DNA of 64,000 nt, taken from assembly GCF_003704095.1 (NCBI RefSeq), contig NW_020844003.1:1-64000 (forward strand), written 5' to 3'. A program made the translations under genes and the position numbers. The DNA comes from Pocillopora damicornis. Lineage: Eukaryota. How positions within the stretch are numbered: position 1 is the stretch's first letter; the number at the start of each line of letters is the position of its first letter. Shown here in pieces: positions 11,205 to 24,063 of the stretch. The notes under the pieces are model-generated. The model searched no databases and was not told where the DNA came from. It saw nothing but the letters and a program-made list of their open reading frames with translations.

Positions 11205-11440
11205 AATATGGAAGCTACCTTCGCAGTTATGAAGACTACTTACGCAGTAGTGAAAATAACGCCCGAAAAAGAAATTCAGGCCTGTACGGGATGACCTTTG
11301 CGATAACGATGCAGCGCTCTAACAACTGAGCTAACAAGCAAACCAGGAGCTGGTCATTAATGGCCAGTAGTGTTCATAACTGCGAAGATCGCTTTCATAT
11401 TCATTTCTTTATTTGCAATTTACGCATATGATTTTCATAT
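11205..11440 (-). mobile_element. Second tRNA-derived palindromic repeat family copy
   Basis: Minus strand TAGCTCAGTTGTTAGAGCGCTGCA (A-box/D-arm like), with the inverted pair CTTCGCAGTTATGAA / TTCATAACTGCGAAG. Confidence 0.6.
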
Positions 11441-11780
11441 ATTTACAGTCAGTTACGAGGTATTTTGTTACGGTTTCTCCTAAATCGATTTTATATTTAC
11501 ATGGAAAGTGCATCGCGATAAGAACAACCAGTTTTTGAAACGAATGATATAAGTATTCTGAAAAACGAAATCTTCGAAGCAGCACTGAAATCTTGCCCGA
11601 AGCTTGATTTACAGAAAGCACTTCCACAATCCGCTTTCACTCAGTAAGCTTGATTTTACCCTAACACCTTTACCTTAAAAGCAAAAATACTCACACAAAA
11701 ACCTTAAGATTGAAGCAAATTTTGAATCTTCCCTCGTTTTATGCCTTTCCTGAACTTGGCTCCTTCATCCAGCAACAAAA

Positions 11781-11975
11781 CAGTGAAAATCGAAACATTT
11801 ACATAGTTGCTCAATCCGCTGTGCAAAAATATTGTTTAACGATGGGGAAGGCGAGTGAATGAAAATGAAAAAGTGAAAGTCCTTAATGTAGAATCTGGGA
11901 AAAGGGTTCGGGAAAATGCCCTCGAAAAGCGAATTGAGCGTAAAGAAGGAAACCTCCTGTTGGAAAGCGAAAATA
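11781..11975. promoter_or_regulatory. Cluster of IRF-element-like and kB-like motifs upstream of the TPR-CHAT locus
   Basis: GAAAATGAAAAAGTGAAAGT (11861-11880), GGGAAAATGCCC (11910-11921), GGAAAGCGAAAA (11962-11973) and GAAAATCGAAAC (~11785). Confidence 0.4.
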
Positions 11976-14110
11976 AAAAAAATGAAATTTGCAATGTAGA
12001 AAAATAGAACGATTAATATATGACAATTGTGGCAAAAAATGCAGACGGGAGTGGTACCGGGATAGATTAGAATGATACGGAAAAATCAGGATACTTTTTC
12101 TAGGATATAAAAAGATCGACAAAGCCGTCCAGCTTAAACTGATAGAAGACCTAGATTAAATAACAAACAAGGCTTAAGTAACTCGAAATATTGGGCTGTC
12201 ATTATTGAAGGTTATACACTTGTGGTTTCATTCAAAAAAGACACCAGCGGAAAAAAATCACTTGATGCTCTCTTATGGATACAAGCAGCCCTTCTTACGA
12301 CCGCTTTCACGATGAAATTAACACCAGCACATTTTTAATCAGGGAGCTGTGGACAGGGCACTTACTTTTCAAGGTTAAGATTTAGAAGTTTCCTTTGGTT
12401 TTGAAATTCCACGGGACTACTGGAGAAAAATATACCAATATATGAAACTAGTAACTAATTTGAATCAATTAACTTCACATCGAGCAGGTTGCGAGCATGA
12501 TCGGTGAGACGCGAGGAGATGATATTCTTGGGACCTCTTCCCCTTCCCCAGCGATCGGTTCGTGCCTCACCTTCGGGGCGAGGCTAGGGCAAGATACGCA
12601 TTTCACCGAGACGAGCAGAGAAAAGTGCGAGGCGAGCTTATTAAGGGGATAGACATGTGGGTGGAAAAGTTCTTCTTGCGCTCTTACTCGCGTATGCGGC
12701 GCCCTTCGCACTTCCTTCGCTTCAGACCAACAGGAGAAAGTACGAAGTGAGTGTGAACCTCCCCTGTCCCGCCCTTGGCTCGATGTTCTCGTCTACTTTG
12801 CACTTCCCCTCCTTTGCGAACTAAAATCAGCGACAAAATTAGTCGACACGTAACATTCGTGCCGCCACATTTAGAGAGGTATTAAGAAATAAAAACTTGA
12901 ATTCAAGTGCAGCTCACTCCTTCTTCCACTCAATATCGTGCAATCACGGATCGAAAAACCAGGTGCAACATAGCACAAGGAGAGAGGGGTTGAAAGTGAG
13001 GGTATCAGGGCTAAAATTGGTAAAATATTCCTGAATACTGCGTTGTCATTAATAATAAGTCAACACTTTTTTTTTGTTTATGGTTGTGGTTAACGAGAAC
13101 CATTCTCGTAAGTAGCGAGCTCGATTTTACGGACAACTCTTTCACAATTATTGGGCCGCTTTCGCCTACGAAACTTCCGTTATAATTGGTGGAAAAATCA
13201 ACCATTGTTGAAATAAGTCAATCCCAGAATCAACATCTCGGTTTGATTACTGTATCATCTTACTTTACAAGTCACTAAATTTCACACAAACGCTAATGGT
13301 TAAAATGAAATAGCAATTAAACGCTTTATTCGTATGTACTTATAAACATCCATTCATCCAAAAATAGACAGACAAAAAGTAAGTTAAAGCACGATTTCGC
13401 GATACTAAATTAGTTAAATCCACTTTAAATTATTAATTAGAGGTAGCTAGTTACATTTTATAGTTACTCAAAAAAGGCTGTTCCCTAAAAATTTAGTGTG
13501 CCGAAAGCACAGTAAATGTTTTCTTTATATTTGCTTTCTTTTCATTTCCTTTTCCTTTTTTCCCTTTCTTTCACGGTGCGATCTTTAATTCCTTCCCATG
13601 TGTGTTTTTTACCTAGTCCACCCCAGCCAATGACGAAAGGAAAAGTAGGTTTTTGAACAAACTGCATTACGTTCTTTGCTATGCACTGTAATGCCATGCA
13701 AGCTAAGCTGACGATCTTAGCGTGCGCAAATGTGAGCAAAGAAGTTGGAAAGAAAGGATGGGATTTCGCAACAATAATCATTGTTAAAACTTTTCATTTT
13801 TCTAACAGCTTTTCGTAAATAATTCTGTCCGAGACGACTCAGTGACCCTCCCCATATCGGTAAAACAAAATCGACTTATCATTACAAAATGCACAAAGTA
13901 CCCTAAGCACTAATTCGATTTATGAGTTTTTCATAAATCATTGTGAATCTCAAACAATGACAGGTCGCGAAAAAGGAAAATAGAATCACTTAAAAAAAAT
14001 CTCGGCTATTGAATAAAATCATTCCAACTTCAGGAAGAACGATTTTCAGGAAAGTAGTTTGCTTGACAAGAAAAATTCTGATTTTGTAACGCTAGTCAGG
14101 TCTAGAAGCG

Positions 14111-17100
14111 TCACATGGCACCGCTCTCACTTTTCTCTTGATGTTTGTGCTGAGCCAGTGCTGCTAGTCTCTTGTCTCGTAAATTCCTTCTTTCATTTAG
14201 TTGATCTAAAGGAATGCTTTCATTAAACACCTTTTCAATCTTGTCCAACGTATCACCAGCTATTTTCCGCGGTCCTCCTTCTTCTTCGCAAACACGCACA
14301 ATATTTTCTCCGTATCTTTCACAGTAATCTCTGATTCCTAACAAATGAACACGTCACGTAAGATTTAAATGCCAGATGGGTCTCTCAAATCATTCTTTCT
14401 TTCGCGTTGTTACAACTGTGAATGAACAAGTCGCGATTGGTTTTTCTACTTTATCTGGTTAGTTGAGAAAGTTGCATGAATTTCCTACAAAACCAATAGA
14501 CAGTAAAGAAGTAACGCCAAGGCCGTGTCTTTAAAAAAAAATAATAATAAAAAATACACGTACGAGGGTCGTACGCGAGGACATTGGAAAGGCCAGAAAT
14601 AGCTTTCGAGATACAAGCCGAAAGAATAAGGGCTTCGAGACAAATATTTCCCCACCCCTCTCTACCACCCATCCCAACTCAGTCGACATGAACGTAGGGA
14701 AAAATAAAAGTTTTATAACCTCTGAATAATAACATACCATTGGCATTTAGATGCATGGTTTCAAATGGGCCAATCATAGCGTAACGCAGTCCAAGACCTT
14801 CTGTCACTGCGGTCTCGATATCTTCAGGCGAACAAATGCCATCCTCAGAAAAAGAAAAAAATATCAATTTACTTGAAACATGCTATCATGTCTCTCCGTA
14901 AGGTTACCATACATCACTTTAGAAATTTGAATTGCTTAATACCATTATAGACTGAAGTGGGAACGTACTTATTTCGACGAAACAATAAATCTACTGTAAA
15001 CTCAGGCAAAGTGAGGACAGAGAATCAGCGTCGACCCCAGGAAAATGCAAGTGAAAAAGACGGATTTGCTTTATTGAAAGAATAGTAAGGGCCAGTTTTT
15101 AACTCGATGCCTTATCCAAACCACGTTTTTATGCAATCAGTGGGCCTCAGGCTTTCTATTTGAGAGGGGTGATTTTAATGAAATAAATGTCCTTCCACGA
15201 TCAGCTTTTGGCTTTCTTGACGCTGTTTACAAAATAAAATGTTCAGATAAAAGGTCCAGCTACATTGAGGAATGTTTAAGACGCACTTTTGCTAAACAAA
15301 ACTTTGGTTCAAATAATCAGGCCTAAAAGTTTATGGCTCTGACGTTGTTCCAACTAAATTACCACTTGGTACGCTGCTTCCTTGAAAAGGAAAGCAAGAC
15401 CAGTGCAATCTGGAATAACTTCCCATCCTCATTTTTACAACTACTCTAACATATGGTGAACTAAAACACTGATTGCACACAAAAGTGCTTGGGGGTAACA
15501 AACCAATTAAAGGTAATTTCTATGTTATTGTCATCCTTAAGCCAGTCACATCACTACAAGAGAAAGTCTATCACAAATCGAGAACCACCACAAATTAACC
15601 TAGCCAATTTGATCAGCAGTACACTAATCTTGTTTGTGGATTTTTGACTACCTACTAACAATAATCTCTCTACAACAGGCACTGTGCTACTTCCAGCTAA
15701 TCCCCACCCCCCTCAAACATCCATCACCTGCCCATCCCCCATGCAAAACTTCCTGTTACCTCTACCAATCTCCAAGACTCCATGATGACAGCATACTGTA
15801 GACGATTCAAAACAAATCCATTCACTTCTTTCTTGGTTACAACAGGTGACTGGCCAATCTGTTTCATTAGAGCAACTGTCTGGTTTGTTATTTTACTGTC
15901 TGTCCAAGGTGCTGGAACAACTTCTACCAATGGTACATAGTATGGAGGGTTAATCTGATAATTGCAAAACCAAAAACAATGTTCACTGCAAATCATGCTA
16001 AAAGTAATTGTGCTTATGCAATAAGTTATCTTCACAGAAATGTGATAAAGTTAAACCCTTTAACCTTTAAGAGTGATTGCATCTTATTTCTCCTTACAGT
16101 ATCCACTGTTAAATCAAACATTTAGGTCATGAGAATAAGGGAAATGATCACCCAAAAGAGAAGCTCATATTGTTAAACAAATTCTCCCTGACAGCACCAC
16201 TGGAAATGTATGGAGAACAGTATGAAGAATAAGCNNNNNNNNNNNNNNNNNNNNNNNNNNNNNNNNNNNNNNNNNNNNNNNNNNNNNNNNNNNNNNNNNN
16301 NNNNNNNNNNNNNNNNNNNNNNNNNNNNNNNNNNGGAAATGTTTAGAGAACAGTATGGAGAATATACATACTGATTTTGGGGTGTTAAGGGTTAATGATT
16401 TGTCTTTGAATTCTACCTGGACGTACATAGCTCCATCCAATGCCTTTACAAGGTCATCATAACTGGTAACTAACTTAAATGCCTCCTGAGCTGTCATGCC
16501 TGGACTACGCATCAAGCCTTTCATCTCCATATCACGCAGCTGGGACTCAATACTTGTCAATGCATTAGTCAGTTGACTGGCTACTGTATCATAAAGAGCA
16601 ACAGTGAAACCAGCACTGGAGAAAATCTGCAAAAAATGGCACAACTAAGGGTAAATTTAGTCTGAGGTTAGTCAAATTTGACTTGTGCAGCACCAAACCC
16701 AAGCAAAAAAGATTTCATGTGTCTAACATTACGAGCAGCAGCTGAAGAAAAAACACACCCACTAACTGAAATCATGGGATTTCAAATTAAGTCATCTAAC
16801 TTTAAACTACATTTTGTAACAATTACTAACACAAAAATTGTCATAGAGCGCTTTGCAGTTATTACTTACCACAGACCAAGATCTTCCTATTAACCCACTG
16901 GTGAAAAAAAGACAAATGATAAAATTAAGAGCTCACGGGATAAAATTAAAAAATTAAAGATATATAGTTTGTTGTATTCCTGACACAAGCAAAACAAGTA
17001 AAAGCTGAACAAGTTACTCTAGAGCCTAGAATCAATTTAAAAAATGGTTTTCAAAGAACGAAGTCAACCACATCTGCTGGTGATCACAATAGATGAATTT

Positions 17101-17393
17101 CTTTGACAGAGAGTTTCACGTTAACACAATGCCAGAAGATACATTAGTAAGGAGTTAATCATATTAACAGCAAGCTCCAAAGGGTCTTACGTTCACCATC
17201 TTACCAGTATGTAACTGGAGTCACACACAAAATTGCCCAATCATATTGGGAAATGGAAAGTGATTCCAAATTAATTTTGGATTGTGACAATCAGTGCCTA
17301 TGGTGAAAGTAAGCAATAAATGACAAAGAATTTGTGTCAAAATTCCCACCTGCCAATAATAGTGACTTTTCCTTTGCTGTTTGAAGTGGCCAT
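14111..17393 (-). CDS. CRYL1: Lambda-crystallin homolog / L-gulonate 3-dehydrogenase
   Basis: Exons 17393-17350 ([15 protein letters not shown]), 16897-16870 (GLIGRSWSV), 16626-16417, [one exon missing, presumably in gap 16235-16334], 15954-15760 ([11 protein letters not shown]...[10 protein letters not shown]), 14843-14738 ([19 protein letters not shown]) and 14337-14111. Phases are consistent. Confidence 0.93.
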
Positions 17394-19061
17394 TTCTAAC
17401 ATAAAAGAGGTTTATCCTTTTGTGAAATTTATCAATGGCAAGTTTAATTAATAAAACTGCATCAATTGGCTTTATCACTACAGACATATGGAATTCATGT
17501 CAGTGCAGACTAAGGAGCAGTACCCTCTGAATAGCCCACTGGCTTCTAAAATGTTATGTTTCAAAAGATTTGAGTTTTAATGACTCCATGAATTGAGAAT
17601 AGAAATTTATCCAGACGAAACATGAAAATTGATTAATATCATTTAATCAAACCTCCACCCTTCTTGAAATTCCTATGCAATCTCAAATTAACATTTTCTC
17701 AGAAAACATATAAGAAAATACCCTTGCATCAGAGGAATGCAGCAGTTAATTTATATGTGGCTAAAAAAATATGGTACACCCATAATCTACACCCCACAGG
17801 AAATTTAGTACGTAAAAAACGCATGGCGCTGGACATGATCAATATAAATATTTTTTCTTGCATCACAATACCCAAGTTGGTCAGTGGCAATCAACACAAA
17901 TACAATAAAAGTTTATGCAATTAGTTAAATAAACACTCAGACATCTCTAAGATCCCATCAGATAGCACCCATTCTTTCAAATCCCAAAGGATTTTTTAAA
18001 ATTATTTTCAAAATAATGTCCAATTTTGTTTTAAGTCTTAAATTACACAGATCTGTAATCAATAAATTTGTCAGATGGCCCATGTGACAAGCTTAGCAGG
18101 GTAGGGCATCAGATATCGGAGGAAGGAACGTAAGCTTAATGAATGATCGATATATCAATAGTAGAGGGGAACTGAGGTTCCGGTCGTGTTAAAGATGAGT
18201 CACTGTGGGTAACTAGTATAATACAATTTGAATCTCAAAAGGATAGACACGAAAGGTTATCTTTTCTTTTCTGCGAATCTCATCAGTCTCGAAACCTGAC
18301 CAAGATGGACTAAGCGGGAATAACGAAGGAAAATAATGAAGAAAACATGGTATTCTGTAAATGTATGTCCGGAGTGCTCACTCTTCTCTATGTGTGATAA
18401 AAAGTAATTAATTTCAAATCGTGTCCATAAGTATTTATGTATCGTGAATAAAATTATGAACAAAAAGGGAGTCGCCATAACGTGATCTGATCAGTTAGGT
18501 GTGCCTTGGCTGGCAAGGTATTTTAATACACCACACAAACAATTAGCATTGCTGAAAAATTTTGGGAAAAATCATAGAAAATTATTCCTTGCGTGACACA
18601 AGCAGTAGATCGATAACCGCGGTCTTATTTTTCGAATCTGACTTACGTTAGTTAATCATATTGTATTTAACCAAAGAAAAATCCCTAAATGATAAAAGTA
18701 ATTAATATTGACGAACCTGCCCTTGTTTGTCGACTTGGGGCGCTGATCAGGAAGAGAAAAAATTCCCGCTAGGCTAAGAAGGGAAAGTGACTCAATTACG
18801 ACATTTCCAGTTTTGGAGTACGGCCGCAAGTGATACATGGGAAGACGACAAAATCCTCTGGGGTGGCGTACGTAAGGGCGAGATCTGGAAGCGTGTTATT
18901 AATCCTACAAGCAAAGTGTGCGATGAAACATACTCGTATCCATACAAAATATCCTCTTGACCTTCTAGGCAAATTTTTATAAAGGTAAATGCTTCCATAA
19001 GTGGATAATATTTTCAGTTAAAAAAATTACGCTCGTATGTACCCTAAAAACGGGTTGCTTG

Positions 19062-19115
19062 CTGATTGGCTCGTACTAAGAGGCTGGGTCGGGGATTCCC
19101 CACGGGAAAAGTCCC
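19062..19115 (+). promoter_or_regulatory. CCAAT box plus two tandem NF-kB sites in the A20-like promoter
   Basis: CTGATTGGCT (~19062), GGGGATTCCCC (19091-19101) and GGGAAAAGTCCC (19104-19115). Confidence 0.75.
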
Positions 19116-19499
19116 GGGGACGAACGTTAATAACGATTTGTCGTACTAGTGATTTCGTTTTCCTACTAGGGTTTGGGAACTGTTTTGCCCCTTTTAAAGG
19201 TTTGTTTCTCTCTAGTCAACGAAGCTTAAATTTTAAAAAGGGTGTGAGGCAAGCAATGTTACTTTTTGGGCAAATTATGTCGTTTTGTTTCCCCTAACTC
19301 TGACACAAGTCTACTTCCGCTTTGCAATCGCATTTTAAAACCTTCGTTGCTTAATTTTCTTTCAGGATTTTGTAATTAACGTCTTGAGAGAAGATACAGA
19401 AATAAGTTTCCAGATTTGAATCGTCGTGATCTGGTAGAAGGAGTAAAATTTTCGACAGAAAGTGGGTCCGTACGTTGGTTACGATCCTTCAAGAACACC

Positions 19500-22400
19500 A
19501 TGGCCATGGCTTCATTTCAACCGCCGAGTCATCTATTTGAACGAAACATCTCTTTGAACGATCTCGACTCCGCTTTAGACGTGCGAGAAATAGTGCGGAA
19601 AGATGTTGTGGTACCCGAAGACGTTACAAAACACAGATATCTAGATTCCTCTTCCAACTTTACATTTGTGCTTCCTTCGTTCCAAGATTTCACTCTCGAA
19701 TTCCGAAAATTCGTATTCAGCTTTTTGGTGGATGGACACACAATGAGAGAGTTGGAAGCTGCCAAAAGACTTAATTGGTGTAGCGCTTTGGGTCGTATGG
19801 CGACAGTGAGTACTTTGGGCGATGGAAACTGTTTAATGCATGCAGCCTCAATTGGAATGTGGGCCGTCAACGATCGTTATCAGACTCTCAGGAAAACTGC
19901 TCACGAAGCACTCGTGGAAGACGTGGAAGGTACAAGTAAGTTAAGATTCTAAGAAGGGAAGATGGGATTAGAATAGCCTGTTTTTACTGCGCCACATCCT
20001 CCTCCAAACCTCTCCACTTTCATTACTGTAAGTTAGAACCAAAAGGAAAATGTTAATAAATGATTCACAGGTTAATTATAGTTCATAAATCTCTTTCCTC
20101 ACTGTCATTTTGGTTGGTACTTCAGATAAGTTGAGTTCCAGTTTTTAACCAATCACTACAAGTGCTAACTAGCAACGGTCGTAAGGAAGTTGATAGTAAG
20201 TTGTTATGGTTGGGTGATCTTTGAATCACAATTAACTGACCCAGGTTATTTATTATGTCACTAGATCTTGCTCCTTGTCAGTCTTTGCTTTCCACATTTT
20301 CATATATATGAGAAATTATCTGTTCTTTAAATTGTCAAATTTAAAAATCTCCATTTTAGCCCCATTAAAGAGCCATTATGCCCAACAGAGTAATAATAAT
20401 TCTCACAATTCACCTGGTTTAGTCTTGTGGTTCAAACCTGGTGTCATGTATTTATCTTTCAGTTTTTTTTTCTTTATTTGATTTTACTCTCAAGGTTTTT
20501 ACCATCGTCGCTGGAAAGCTGAAGAAGAACGGCAAATATTGAACCAGCTTGGAGGATATCAAAGAACAGAAGAACAATGGAATCGTGAATGGGAAGAAGT
20601 TATCAGACATGTGTCACAGAATGAATTTCCATTTGGTCCAAATGGTGCTCAGTTTGGGAGCCTTGAAGAGATCCACATCTTTGTCCTTGCCAATATCTTG
20701 CGTCGCACTATTATAGTGATGTCAGATGACACCCTAAGAGGACCATATGGTGATTCATATTCTCCGATAAACTTTGGAGGTATTTATTTGCCTCTGTTGT
20801 GGGACTCTGTAGACTGCGTGAAAAGTCCCTTAGTGATTGGTTATGCAAATGGACATTTCACAGCAGTTGTCAGTATTCAAGATGGACAACTAGACCTGGA
20901 GAATGAAAATCAGCCAGCTTTAAGGTCAAGTAACTGCATGCATGCCGTGCCATTAATTAAATATGATGGATCACCATTACCAGTTCATTTTCTTCTCGAT
21001 CATGAAGTACCATTGGCAAGTGACCGTGTGCGTCAGTACTTGGACTGTGCTAAAGTATCTGTTTTGAGTGATCAAGGAGGTTCTAGGCAGTCAATTCTTG
21101 TTGCAAAGTTGCATTTTGGTGAAGAACCCCGTTGCATGAAAGCTCTTATTGATGGATACTTCCAAAGGGCTAAGGAAGAATATCAGCGTATGCTAAGAAG
21201 CAGTCAAGTAAATATTCAGTCTCAACCAGGTACCAAACAGCCAACACTACAGATTGTTCCATGCCAAACTCAAGGTTGCACCTTCTATGGATCAACAGAG
21301 ACTGGGAACCGTTGCTCTCAGTGTCTGAACGAGTATATCAGGACCCTTGGACCTTCAGAACCAAGTCATTATGCAGCAGCAAGACAGATTTCTTCTCGGG
21401 AAAATGTTGTAACAACCACCACATCTGCAACACCACAAGCTTCTAATGCCATTGTGACAACCCTTCCCACAACCTTTCCAGCTACAACTCCTGCCAAATG
21501 TCGGACATCCGGGTGCAAATATGCTGCAGTGTCTAACCATGGTGGCCTATGTGAGAGGTGCTTTGAAGCTGAAAGAAATGCTGAAGAAATGGCAGCAAGC
21601 ATGAATCCCTTGACATTGGCAACCACAAAGCACTGTGCAAACAGAGTGAATGGCTGTGAGTTCTTTGGCCTGCCTGAACATCATAACTTATGCTCCAGAT
21701 GCTACAGAACCTTCTGTTTACAGATGGAAAATACCTTATCACCACGTAGCCCTGCATTGCCAGGACAGCCTAACAGTTGCCAGCGTCACAACTGTCCATT
21801 CCCTGGTGTACCTGCATTGTATGGTATGTGCGTACAGTGCTACACTGATTGTATTCACAGTTTCATAACCTCCAAGGGTGAATCAGTTGGGAGTGCTATG
21901 CAACTCAATCCACCCCAGGAAGCACCACCACAGAATGTCACAAGAATTAATCCAGTTCCAACTGGTGGTGGAAGGAAGGGTGTCTTGTGTGCCTCTCCAG
22001 GCTGCTTCAATGAAGGAATATCTCAGTTCTCAGACTTGTGTAGAGAATGCCATGCAAGAAAGTCTGGTCCCTCTCGGGTACGAAACACTTCAGTTACTAC
22101 TGCAGGAGAAGCTAGTGTACCCTTAGTCACACCATCTCCGATCTACACATCTGCATCAGCAGCAGCAGGCACCCCAAATTATCACCCAACATCAGCACCA
22201 ACAAATGGTACTGGTCTGAATACGTGCTCCAACCCAGCTTGCAAAAATCCAAGAAGGGATGGGCGAGGATTATGTCAAGCTTGTGAAAATGCAAATCCAA
22301 TTCCATTCATCACCAATTCAGGAAGTGGTTTGCAACAGCTAACAAGATCAAGCAGCATGGCAGTGACTGCATCAAGTGTATTAAGGCATCCTGTCCCAGC

Positions 22401-24063
22401 ATTTACAAGTGGCAGCACCAATACCCATAACACCGCTGGGACCTCGTCATCTGCAGGGGCACAACATCCCTATCAAGTCATCCCACAAGCACCATCCACC
22501 GGATCAAAAGCAGATAATTGCGCCTTGTGTGGAAAACGAGCAGAACTGGATGGTGGGTTGTGCAAAGATTGCTTTGCTGTAGGTTTTCAGGCAGAACTAC
22601 GTGACATTGAGAAGAGACAAGCTGCAGTCTCCCAGACATTATCTAGACAACAGGGCACCTTTACAGCTGCTGCTTCAAATAACCAGGTATGCAGTTATCT
22701 GGAAAATGAACCCAAAATTCTTTACCTATAAGGGCAGTCTAGTTCATAAACTCCAGAAAATCTTATTTGCACATTTTGTTACCTTCGCTTGATTTTCTGA
22801 AGCAAATAGAATGATGATGCAAAATGTCTCAAGGAAGATAAGTAAGCATCAAAATGATGTTAGTTTTGCAGGAATTCATGACAATCCACAGACATCAATT
22901 TCATAAAAAAAATGTTACCAATTAAATAACTAATGAGGAAAATCATTTTCCTGTCATCAATAACCCTAAGATATATTATTTTTTTCTCTTACAAAGGGAG
23001 CACAAAGCACTTCTCAAGGCATAAACCAAACAGAGACAACTACCAAGAGGACGGCTGTGAAGGTAACTGAGCTTCCATGCAAAACCACAGGCTGTCTCAG
23101 ATTTGGAACCCCAGAGAAGAATGGGTTATGTGAGCAGTGCTATCTTGGTAAGGGAAGGATTCAACAAAGGTCCACATTATCCTCTGAAGTGCAACAAAAT
23201 CAGGGTCAAGTTATAAGAGGTAACTCTCACAATCTTCCAACACCAACACAAAATCGCCAGTTTGGTTATGACCTTCCAGGACCAGTACAAGTGTCCCAGC
23301 CAAGAAGCCCTCAGTATGGCTTGCAAGTGAGGCAATCTCAGTCAAATTCAGGCAGTGGTGACATCAGTGGTCAAAAATGCCGTGGCACTAACTGCACCCT
23401 ATTTGGAACACCAGAGACAAATGGATATTGCTCTCGCTGCTTTTTGGAAAGCACCATTCCTCTTTCATACCCACATTCAGTTCCAGGTAACACTGAAGCT
23501 AAATTCGCAAGCTAAATCAACATAGTATCACTGAGTAGCTACTCCACACAATTTCATGAATGTGCTTCTCTGCTTTGAAAACTTACAGTGAATGCAATTG
23601 TTTGGGCTAGAACAGTAGGTTACTTCTAACCTACATTGTACAATCTGCAAACACATCTCCTTACAATGGAAGGAACAGTAACAAAACAGAAAAATAGTTA
23701 GTGCACAAATTACACAATAGCAAAATTCTGCAATCACAGCTATAAGACATACAACCTCCCTTAACTAATGAGTTCTTGCAAGTAGTGTTTTAAACATTTT
23801 TACATCATCCAGGGGAGCTCTAACTTTCCCTTTTCCCATCTTAAAATAAATTTGATACAATTCATTTGCATCTCTCTACAGATTTCCCTGGGGAAGTTAC
23901 CCCATCTTCTACTGCATCTCATCCAACAGTAGCACTTCACAGATGTACTATAACTGGATGTGACCGCACTGCTGCACCAGAGAGACATGGTCATTGCCAA
24001 AACTGCTTTGGAATGTACTTCCCAGATGTTCTTTCTCGTGAATCCCTTCTTAACAATTCATAA
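19500..24063 (+). CDS. TNFAIP3: A20/TNFAIP3-like OTU deubiquitinase with 10 A20-type zinc fingers (~1097 aa)
   Basis: Exons 19500-19929, 20495-22686, 22997-23486 and 23882-24063 (3294 nt, in frame). OTU motifs GDGNCLMHAAS, SLEEIHIFVLANILRRTII, GGIYLPL and GYANGHF. Ten Cx2-5Cx10-11Cx2C fingers. Orthology versus OTUD7 is inferred from the multi-finger architecture. Confidence 0.88.

Noticed and set aside
10854-11294. 146-aa + strand ORF
   Set aside because: No recognisable homology, starts at GTG, and runs into a tRNA-derived repeat.
16235-16334. CRYL1 pseudogenisation (missing exon)
   Set aside because: The absent exon position coincides with a 100-N gap flanked by MITE copies, so it is an assembly issue.
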